This document shows, one piece after another, positions 25,421-32,000 of a DNA stretch of 32,000 bases. A model generated the notes under the pieces. That model did not search any database and was not told where the DNA came from. It was given only the letters and a program-made list of their open reading frames with translations. A program made the position numbers and the translations under genes. Origin of the DNA: Candidatus Saccharimonadota bacterium. Its GTDB lineage: Bacteria; Patescibacteriota; Saccharimonadia; Saccharimonadales; UBA4665. Position 1 is the stretch's first letter. Each line of letters starts with the position of its first letter. The DNA is taken from the NCBI GenBank assembly GCA_002952755.1, contig CP025011.1:150001-182000 (forward strand). Reading direction: 5' to 3'.

Positions 25421-26347
25421 ATGAACTTTCTATACAAATTGAGCAGTACGCTGGTGACCGGCCTGGTGCTGATGGCAACCGCCACTGCATCCGCTAGTCC
25501 AACCGCTAGCTTCGCCATCTCCGGCAGTGGCTCGTACACCGTGGGCAATAGTTTTACGGTAACGGTATCCGAAAACAGCGGCAGTCAGGAAGTAAATGCT
25601 GTTAAGGCACAACTGCAATACGATGCCTCGGCATTGCAAGTTACTTCGCTCTCAACTGGCGACTTTACGACTTGCCCGGCTGCACCAAGCGCTTCTGGTA
25701 ATACTATTAGCTTCCAGTGTGCTGCGCTAGGCACTAAACTAACCGGCGTGCATATCGTTGGTACCATCACCTTTAAGGCGCTGGCGGCTCAGACGACATC
25801 GGTCAGCACCTTATCCAGTTCGGCAATTGTTGATGCTAACACCGCGAACCAGAACGACTGGGACGGTGTGGCCGCAGCAGGGTCGTACACGCTCACGGCC
25901 CCTGTTTCTTCTCAGCCAAACCCTACACCCACCCCAGCCCCTACCCAAGGTGGTAGCACTGCGCCAAGCGCAACGTCTAAGACTTCAACTGGCTCTACCG
26001 GCAAGGCCACAGCTACGACAAACGGTACCGCGGTCGCCGGCGCCACAACCGCGCAACCTACAACCCCAACTACACCTGCCCCGGGCAGCAAGGCAGCGAG
26101 CAACAACCCCACAATCAACGCAAAAGACACAGATAAAAAGACGAGCAAGAGCGGTACTGCTATCGCCTGGATCCTACTAGCTGTTGCCACTATAGCCCTC
26201 TTGGTACGCACTCTTAGGAAGAAGCGACAGCCTGTCAAGACGCCTGTAGTGCCAGCAGTTACTAAGAAAGCAGCTTCTGCTAAGGTTAAGACCGTTGCTA
26301 ACAAGCCAGCGGCAAGCAAAACAAAGGCTAAGGCCAAAAAAGCCTAG
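25421..26347 (+). CDS. Cohesin-domain protein with Pro/Thr-rich linker, C-terminal TM anchor and Lys-rich tail
   Basis: A signal peptide is followed by a cohesin-like segment, GNSFTVTVSENSGSQEVNAVKAQLQYDASALQVTSLSTGDF...GTITFKA. Next comes the linker PNPTPTPAPTQ...TTPTTPAPG and then the TM helix IAWILLAVATIALLV followed by RTLRKKRQ. It starts 2 nt after the dockerin gene. Confidence 0.75.
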   Translation: MNFLYKLSSTLVTGLVLMATATASASPTASFAISGSGSYTVGNSFTVTVSENSGSQEVNAVKAQLQYDASALQVTSLSTGDFTTCPAAPSASGNTISFQCAALGTKLTGVHIVGTITFKALAAQTTSVSTLSSSAIVDANTANQNDWDGVAAAGSYTLTAPVSSQPNPTPTPAPTQGGSTAPSATSKTSTGSTGKATATTNGTAVAGATTAQPTTPTTPAPGSKAASNNPTINAKDTDKKTSKSGTAIAWILLAVATIALLVRTLRKKRQPVKTPVVPAVTKKAASAKVKTVANKPAASKTKAKAKKA

Positions 26348-26367
26348 AGCTTATACTAAACAATAAA

Positions 26368-26403
26368 ACAAATCCCCGCTGTTACTAGCGGGGATTTGTT
26401 TTA
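26368..26403 (+). terminator. Strong intrinsic terminator
   Basis: The 13-bp perfect stem ACAAATCCCCGCT/AGCGGGGATTTGT has the loop GTTACT and is followed by TTTTA. Confidence 0.85.
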
Positions 26404-26420
26404 TTGCTATACTCTAGCTC

Positions 26421-27089
26421 ATGCGTTTTATCCGTAGTATTGAGAGAATCGAACCTGAAAAGCCAAATGGCGCCACCATTCTATATATGATGGGTTACGG
26501 CGGCCGGATCTGGCATTCCAGGCGGCAGTTAAGGATATTGCAACGAGAAGGTTATCGCTTGGTAGTGCTCGACTTTGTGTTGGTGTTTCAGCGCCACAAT
26601 CCTCAAGATTTAGTTGATCTCATGGATGAGGTCGATACCCTAGTGGAAAAAGAAGGGCTCTTGCATGAGGATCTCCTCATTGTAGGTGTGAGCCTTGGCG
26701 GACTAGTTGGCTACAATTTACTTCGCAGGCATGCAGAGCTTAAGAAATTGTTGGTCATTACCGGCGGCGACATTTCGCATGTACCCATTCAGATGCTCCT
26801 GAAAAAGAAGTGGGGACTTACTCGCGAAGAACTCGCTCAGAAATGGAAGGGCGTCAATATGTATGCGCCTCCCGGCACGCTGAAGGACAAGCATGTCGTG
26901 ATGTTGCTGCCTAAAAGAGATCGGGTGATTGACCCAAATGAGGTTGCCGGCGAGATTGCCCTGCAACAACAATATAACGATATTACCCTGGTGCACACCA
27001 ACGGCGGGCACTGGCGTACCATTATAACGCACACAATCATTGCCCCAAGGCGGCCGCTTCGGCACATCCAACGACTACGCAAACTGTAG
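26421..27089 (+). CDS. Alpha/beta hydrolase fold protein
   Basis: The nucleophile elbow is GVSLGG, with a His near the C-terminus (TNGGHW). TATACT at 26408-26413 lies 7 nt before the ATG, which suggests a leaderless transcript. Confidence 0.7.
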   Translation: MRFIRSIERIEPEKPNGATILYMMGYGGRIWHSRRQLRILQREGYRLVVLDFVLVFQRHNPQDLVDLMDEVDTLVEKEGLLHEDLLIVGVSLGGLVGYNLLRRHAELKKLLVITGGDISHVPIQMLLKKKWGLTREELAQKWKGVNMYAPPGTLKDKHVVMLLPKRDRVIDPNEVAGEIALQQQYNDITLVHTNGGHWRTIITHTIIAPRRPLRHIQRLRKL

Positions 27090-27205
27090 GCCATTAGAGG
27101 GCGGTCCTATAGCTACAACAAGATAGAGTCCCTGCCTTAAAACGGCTTTGAGATTTATATCTACCCTTGGTATACTGAGCGCAAATACGAAAAGGGGATG
27201 TAGTA

Positions 27206-29320
27206 ATGGCAAAAACGGCGGGCGAACAACAGAAAAAGAGCAGAACACATCGTTTAGCGGGTCTGATTTCCGGCCGGCGATTTAAATGGGTGGTCGTCAT
27301 TGCATGGGTGATCGTTATGATGATCGCCTCACCGCTCGCCGGGAAGCTGACTGGCGCCGAATCAAATGATACATCTTCTTGGTTGCCAGGTAAGGCAGAG
27401 TCCACGAAAGCTTTGAATATCGAATCTAAATTTCAGTCCACCGACGTTGCCCCAGCGGTGATCGTCTACGAGCGCAGTTCTGGCCTGACAGCTGCCGATA
27501 AAGCAAAGATTGCTGCCGATGTGCCACAGATCGATGCGGTAAGCGGCATCATTCGGGGTAGTGCCAAGGGGTCAATCTTCTCGCAGGATGGCAAGGCTGC
27601 TGAGAATGTGGCGGCAGTGCGTATCGGTCCCAGCGGTTGGGAGAAGGTAGGCGGCATTATTGGAAACGTCCGCAAAATCGCGAATAACAGTGACGGACTG
27701 ACGGCGCATATTGCCGGGCCTGCCGGCCAGGCGGCTGATTCGGCCGACGCCTTTAAAGGTCTCGACAGCTCCTTGCTGTATGCTGCACTTGGAGTAGTGA
27801 CGATTCTATTGCTCATCACCTACCGTAGTCCGCTCTTGTGGCTACTACCAATTATCTCTGCCGGTTTTGCGCTCACTAGCGCTCAAGGCATCATCTACTT
27901 GCTCGCTAAGCACGCCGGGCTGATTGTGAATGGCCAGAGTGCGGGTATCCTTACGGTACTAGTGTTCGGTGCTGCAACTGATTACGCCTTGCTGCTTATT
28001 GCCCGGTACCGCGAAGAGCTGCATAACCATGAGGATAGGCACGAGGCTATGGCGCTTGCCCTGCATCGTGCTGGTCCGGCAATTATCGCCAGTGCTTCCA
28101 CGGTGGTCGTGGGCATGCTTTGCTTGTGGTTTGCCGAGTTAAATTCTACCAAGAGTCTTGGTCCGGTTGCCGCTATTGGTATTGGCGTGGGATTGCTCGT
28201 GATGATTACCCTGCTGCCCGCACTGTTGGTTATCTTTGGTCGTTGGCTGTTCTGGCCGCTCGTGCCGAGGAATGGGGAAGAGGTGCCAACCTCGCGCGGG
28301 CTATGGGCAAAAGTGGGCCGCTCGATCTCGCACCATCCTCGTGCGGTTTGGCTGGTTACTGCGGTTATTCTCGGCGTCATGTCGCTTGGTATTGTCGGCT
28401 TTAAGGCGAATGGACTGTCATCGAAAGACACATACCGCACTACTCCCGACTCAGTAAAGGGTGAAACGATGATTGCGGCACACTTCCCGGCAGTTGGCGC
28501 TGGTCTGCCTGTTGTAGTTGTGGGTAATGCCTCCGGAGCGCAGTCCATCGAACAAGCGTTGCGCAATGATAGCAAAATAACATCGGTCATGCCTGCCGTT
28601 GTCAAAAATGGCTATGCGCTTAGCGAGGGCATTCTCACTACAGCCCCGGACAGCGCAGACGCATATGCCACCATCGACCGCTTGCGCACTAGCATGCATC
28701 AAATTCCTGGCGCCAACGCACAGGTTGGCGGCTACACCGCAATTACCCTGGACACTGAGCGCGCTTCCAAGCACGACCGGCAGCTGATCATCCCAATCAT
28801 TTTGGTGGTGGTATTTGTGATTCTTGCTTTGCTGCTCAGGGCTTTACTGGCGCCATTTATACTGATGCTTACAGTAGTCCTATCCTTTGCAGCAGCGTTT
28901 GGCGCGTGCGCACTTATCTTTACACATGTCTTTAAGTTTGGTGGTGCCGATTCGTCGCTCCCACTTTTCGTATTCGTCTTCCTGGTGGCCCTGGGGATCG
29001 ACTACAACATCTTCCTGATGACCCGCATACGCGAAGAAGCGAGACATGGCGATACCAAGAAGGCGGCATTAGTGGGTTTGGCGGCTACAGGGGCGGTTAT
29101 TACTTCCGCTGGAGCGGTGTTAGCCGGTACTTTCTCGGTGCTTGCCACTTTGCCACTTACGGCGTTCGCCGAGATCGGTTTCACCGTAGCCTTTGGCGTG
29201 TTGCTCGATACGCTGATTGTCCGTTCGGTGCTGGTGACCGCACTAACGCTCGATATTGGCAGTGCCATGTGGTGGCCGAGCAAGCTGGCCAAACAGAGCG
29301 ACGGAAAAAAGTCGAAGTAA
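27206..29320 (+). CDS. MMPL family (RND superfamily) transporter
   Basis: The 704-aa product has two blocks of about 6 TM helices separated by soluble loops. ARYREEL and TRIREEA motifs follow the TM bundles, as in MMPL proteins. Confidence 0.85.
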   Translation: MAKTAGEQQKKSRTHRLAGLISGRRFKWVVVIAWVIVMMIASPLAGKLTGAESNDTSSWLPGKAESTKALNIESKFQSTDVAPAVIVYERSSGLTAADKAKIAADVPQIDAVSGIIRGSAKGSIFSQDGKAAENVAAVRIGPSGWEKVGGIIGNVRKIANNSDGLTAHIAGPAGQAADSADAFKGLDSSLLYAALGVVTILLLITYRSPLLWLLPIISAGFALTSAQGIIYLLAKHAGLIVNGQSAGILTVLVFGAATDYALLLIARYREELHNHEDRHEAMALALHRAGPAIIASASTVVVGMLCLWFAELNSTKSLGPVAAIGIGVGLLVMITLLPALLVIFGRWLFWPLVPRNGEEVPTSRGLWAKVGRSISHHPRAVWLVTAVILGVMSLGIVGFKANGLSSKDTYRTTPDSVKGETMIAAHFPAVGAGLPVVVVGNASGAQSIEQALRNDSKITSVMPAVVKNGYALSEGILTTAPDSADAYATIDRLRTSMHQIPGANAQVGGYTAITLDTERASKHDRQLIIPIILVVVFVILALLLRALLAPFILMLTVVLSFAAAFGACALIFTHVFKFGGADSSLPLFVFVFLVALGIDYNIFLMTRIREEARHGDTKKAALVGLAATGAVITSAGAVLAGTFSVLATLPLTAFAEIGFTVAFGVLLDTLIVRSVLVTALTLDIGSAMWWPSKLAKQSDGKKSK

Positions 29321-29342
29321 TCTTCGCCTGAACATGCATTAG

Positions 29343-29376
29343 AATCCTGCAGCTTGTAACCGCTGCAGGATTTTTT
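29343..29376 (+). terminator. Intrinsic terminator after the MMPL gene
   Basis: The 11-bp stem AATCCTGCAGC/GCTGCAGGATT has the loop TTGTAACC and is followed by TTTT. Confidence 0.85.
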
Positions 29377-29391
29377 GCTACAATAAGCAGT

Positions 29392-30018
29392 ATGCGATCA
29401 CGGTATTTGGTTGGGATGTACCGCATCTTCTTTGCGCTGTTAACTATAGTAGCGATTGCCACGCAGCTGCATCGGCAAATAGCCGGCGGTTTTAGTATCA
29501 TTAATTTCTTTAGCTTTTTTACGATTGAGAGTAATATTTTTGCCGCAGTTGTGTGTATCGCCGGCGGGGTAGGCTTTCTTCTGAACAAGTGGCCATCGGC
29601 TTGCCTGAGTTTCATGCGCGGTGCGGCAACGCTCTATATGGCCACAACAGGCATTGTGTACGTGTTGCTTCTCTCAGGACTTAATGAATCGCTGAATACC
29701 ACCGTGCCGTGGGTGAACGCAGTAGTGCATTATATAATGCCGGCCGCGGTAGTTATTGACTGGTATACAAACCTTCCTAAGACACGCATTCCCTTTCGGT
29801 GGGCGCTGTTATGGCTTGCCTATCCCTTGGCGTATATCACCTACAGCCTGATCCGCGGTTTTCGCGTCCATTGGTATCCGTATCCGTTTTTGGACGTCCG
29901 GGCCCACGGGTACAGTGGCATAATGGTAATAAGTGGCATGCTGGCAGTAGCGATGGTGGCGCTCGTGGCAGCAATCATCGGACCAACACGCCACAGGAGT
30001 GTTGGTCCTAGAAAATAG
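29392..30018 (+). CDS. Pr6Pr family membrane protein
   Basis: YRIFFALLTIVAIATQL...INFFSFFTIESNIF...ATLYMATTGIVY matches my recollection of this family, and about 6 TM helices are present. TACAAT at 29379-29384 lies 7 nt before the ATG. Confidence 0.65.
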   Translation: MRSRYLVGMYRIFFALLTIVAIATQLHRQIAGGFSIINFFSFFTIESNIFAAVVCIAGGVGFLLNKWPSACLSFMRGAATLYMATTGIVYVLLLSGLNESLNTTVPWVNAVVHYIMPAAVVIDWYTNLPKTRIPFRWALLWLAYPLAYITYSLIRGFRVHWYPYPFLDVRAHGYSGIMVISGMLAVAMVALVAAIIGPTRHRSVGPRK

Positions 30019-30032
30019 CTGGTTGTCAGATG

Positions 30033-30479
30033 CTACGATCTTGTTGAGTTGAGTACCTGGCTAGCGTGGGAGATTTTGTTGAGCAAGACTGTGAATTGCT
30101 CGATCTCGCCCGCATCCAGATTGGCTGTAAAACCACGCTCATTTTCATCTACCAGATGTTGGTAGATAGCGCTTCGAACCGCTACGCCTTTTGGTGTCAG
30201 TTGCAGTACTTTGACGCGTCGATCCTTGGGGTGTGCGGCGCGTACGAGGAGTGCTTTACGCTCGAGTCCGTCAACCAGCCCGGTAACATTCGAGGGGTCA
30301 CAGCCGAGCAGCATGCAAAAGTCACTCATAATCTGGTCGTTGTGCTCCTCCATCATCATCAACATAAAAGCTTGCGGGGCAGTAAGGCCGTACTCATTGC
30401 CAACCTGGACAACCTGTTGTTTTATCAGGGTCATATAAGCAATGAGTGCTTGGTACAGTGATTGTAATGCTGCAGCCAT
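30033..30479 (-). CDS. MarR family transcriptional regulator
   Basis: The winged-HTH region is LTAPQAFMLMMMEEH...MSDFCMLLGCDPSNVTGLVDGLERKALLVRAAHPKDRRVKVLQLTPKG. AGGAG precedes the ATG. Confidence 0.85.
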   Translation of the reverse strand: MAAALQSLYQALIAYMTLIKQQVVQVGNEYGLTAPQAFMLMMMEEHNDQIMSDFCMLLGCDPSNVTGLVDGLERKALLVRAAHPKDRRVKVLQLTPKGVAVRSAIYQHLVDENERGFTANLDAGEIEQFTVLLNKISHASQVLNSTRS

Positions 30480-30496
30480 ACAGCTCCTATAATATT

Positions 30497-30525
30497 GTTG
30501 ACATGCTCAACTATTTAGGTATACT
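30497..30525 (+). promoter_or_regulatory. Promoter of the MFS gene with an overlapping inverted repeat (candidate MarR operator)
   Basis: The promoter is TTGACA (30498-30503), a 16-nt spacer, then TATACT (30520-30525). The inverted repeat GTTGA-N5-TCAAC (30497-30511) overlaps the -35 box. Confidence 0.55.
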
Positions 30526-30582
30526 ACCATTTAAGTATCTAGATTGTAAACCAAATAATGCGAAAGCTAAAGTGAGGAAAAA

Positions 30583-32000
30583 ATGAAAGAGAAAGTAAGA
30601 AATCACTGGCTCATTTTGGCCCTACTGGCCTTAGCTCAATTTATGGTGGTGCTTGATGTGTCGATTGTGAATGTCGCCTTGCCAGCCATGCAGCGTACAC
30701 TCCATCTCACTCCCACGAACCTCCAATGGGTGATTACCGCATATACGCTTGCTGCCGGAGGCTTCTTGATGCTGGGTGGCCGTGCCGCCGACTTATATGG
30801 GCGTCGCCGGATGTTTATGATCGGTATCTTGTGTTTCATCATTGCCAGCCTCGTCGATGGATTGTCGGTAAACGGCGGAATGCTTATCATTCTTCGAGCT
30901 GTACAGGGGCTTTCGACTGCCTTTATGTCTCCAGCGGCGCTCTCTATTGTGTTGGTGACATACAAGGAAGGTCATGAACGTAACGTAGCGTTATCGGTCT
31001 GGGGCGCAGTAGCAGCCGGTGGGGCAGCGGTTGGATTATTGCTCGGTGGTTTGCTGACCCAATACCTGAACTGGCGCTGGAATTTCTTCGTAAATGTCCC
31101 CGTTGGATTGCTTGTGATGCTCGGCGTGTATAAGCTTGTTCCGGCACACGAGTCCGAAGAAACGCATAACAGCCTTGATCTGCCTGGCGCACTGACAATT
31201 ACCTCGGGCATGATGCTGATGGTATATGGTTTAGTAAAGGCTCCTAGCTATGGTTGGGCATCGCACACTACCTTGCTGTTCCTGGGCGGCGCAGTGGCAC
31301 TGCTTGCAGCCTTTGTGGTGAACGAACAGCGGGCCAAGCATCCGCTTGTACCACTGTCGATTTTTAAGATTCGTAACGTAACTGGCGCCGATCTCATCCA
31401 GTTGCCTATGACTGCCGCTATGTTCTCGATGTTCTTCTTCACCTCCCTTTATCTGCAGAACGTACTACATTACTCTCCTGTTCGCACAGGCACCAGCTTC
31501 TTGGTCATGCCTGTCGTGCTTGCAGTTGCTGCTACCAACGCACCGCGTTTGGTGAAGCGAGTGGGCTATAAGAGAATTCTGATGACTGCTCCTGTGGTTG
31601 TAGCGGTTGCGCTATTCTGGCTCGGCCATATAACCGTGCAGGGAAACTATCTGCAGCAGGTTCTGCCGCCACTCGTCATAATGGCGATCGGTATGGGTTT
31701 TTCATTCGTGAGCGTTACGATTGCCGCCACCTCGGGCGTACCGGGTAACAAATCTGGCTTGGCTTCGGGCCTGCTTAATACGTCGCAACAAATTGGCGGG
31801 GCACTGGGCCTGGCCATCCTCTCGGGTATCGCGGCTTCTAGCACAACGAAATATCTGACGCATACGGTACATGCCACCCCAGATGCCGCTCTCGTACACG
31901 GCTTCCATCAGGCCTACTTTATAGGCGCAGGTTTTGCCATTGCTGCCGCTGCCATAGCCACGTTTGTTATTAAGCAACAGGCGCCAGGCGCGGAGCCAAT
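30583..32000 (+). CDS. MFS transporter, DHA2 (EmrB/QacA-like) family, 3' end outside window
   Basis: This ORF is absent from the ORF track because it has no stop in the window. I translated it by hand from the ATG at 30583 (GAGGA RBS): MKEKVRNHWLILALLALAQFMVVLDVSIVNVALPAM...GRAADLYGRRRMF...LRAVQGLSTAFMSPAALSIV. The frame stays open to base 32000. Confidence 0.85.
   Translation, partial: MKEKVRNHWLILALLALAQFMVVLDVSIVNVALPAMQRTLHLTPTNLQWVITAYTLAAGGFLMLGGRAADLYGRRRMFMIGILCFIIASLVDGLSVNGGMLIILRAVQGLSTAFMSPAALSIVLVTYKEGHERNVALSVWGAVAAGGAAVGLLLGGLLTQYLNWRWNFFVNVPVGLLVMLGVYKLVPAHESEETHNSLDLPGALTITSGMMLMVYGLVKAPSYGWASHTTLLFLGGAVALLAAFVVNEQRAKHPLVPLSIFKIRNVTGADLIQLPMTAAMFSMFFFTSLYLQNVLHYSPVRTGTSFLVMPVVLAVAATNAPRLVKRVGYKRILMTAPVVVAVALFWLGHITVQGNYLQQVLPPLVIMAIGMGFSFVSVTIAATSGVPGNKSGLASGLLNTSQQIGGALGLAILSGIAASSTTKYLTHTVHATPDAALVHGFHQAYFIGAGFAIAAAAIATFVIKQQAPGAEP

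Noticed and set aside
25758-26337. 140-aa plus-strand and 141-aa minus-strand ORFs overlapping the cohesin gene
   Set aside because: They lie in alternative frames of the Pro/Thr/Ala-rich linker. The open frames are a compositional artefact of low-complexity GC-rich repeats.
27466-29292. Several minus-strand ORFs (up to 207 aa at 27982-28605) inside the MMPL gene
   Set aside because: They are antisense to a gene with a clear family signature, have no starts with an RBS, and are typical shadow ORFs.
1-32000. CRISPR arrays, IS elements, transposases, integrases, rRNA
   Set aside because: Reading both strands turned up no regularly spaced direct repeats, no terminal inverted repeats flanking an ORF, and no DDE or tyrosine/serine recombinase-like translations.

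Overview
This is a 32-kb window of a roughly 50% GC bacterial chromosome. It uses the standard genetic code and is densely coding, and many genes look leaderless. All calls come from reading the ORF translations and the DNA by eye. No database search was run, so family names are motif-level recognitions and not alignments.

Layout:
(1) 1-8.9 kb is housekeeping. It holds a CPBP intramembrane protease, a murA carrying an N-terminal HTH domain, glyA, an unknown 479-aa protein, murB, an HTH/DUF3467-like protein and tRNA-Arg(CCG).
(2) 8.9-23.9 kb is a mosaic accessory stretch starting right after the tRNA. It holds a secreted protein, a RibD_C/DHFR-like protein, PadR plus a membrane protein, and a VapC PIN toxin with only remnants of an antitoxin. 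It also holds a nucleoside-2-deoxyribosyltransferase-like::RHH fusion that is divergent from a tightly packed operon of a Gfo/Idh/MocA dehydrogenase, a DegT-type aminotransferase, a Nudix hydrolase, a phage-type dNMP-kinase-like protein and small unknowns. Further along are an orphan actinophage-like tail-fibre/tailspike protein, YdeI, SanA, and an EamA half-transporter with a GT-A-like protein.
(3) 23.9-32 kb is envelope and surface functions. It holds a CBM-polysaccharide deacetylase ending in a dockerin, immediately followed by a membrane-anchored cohesin protein. After these come an alpha/beta hydrolase, an MMPL transporter, a Pr6Pr membrane protein, and a divergent MarR with a DHA2-type MFS pump that runs off the window.

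I saw no rRNA, CRISPR array, transposase or integrase.

The best candidate for an undescribed system is the 13.3-17.2 kb operon together with its divergent RHH-fusion regulator. Its enzyme logic (3-oxidation, transamination, Nudix, nucleotide kinase) matches known routes to 3'-amino-3'-deoxy nucleotides and 3-amino sugars such as the puromycin Pur10/Pur4/Pur7 steps and kanosamine synthesis. Here that logic is paired with nucleotide-handling enzymes and not with glycosyltransferases. The lineage is only a guess: the gene content would fit an Actinobacteria-associated or Saccharibacteria-like organism.
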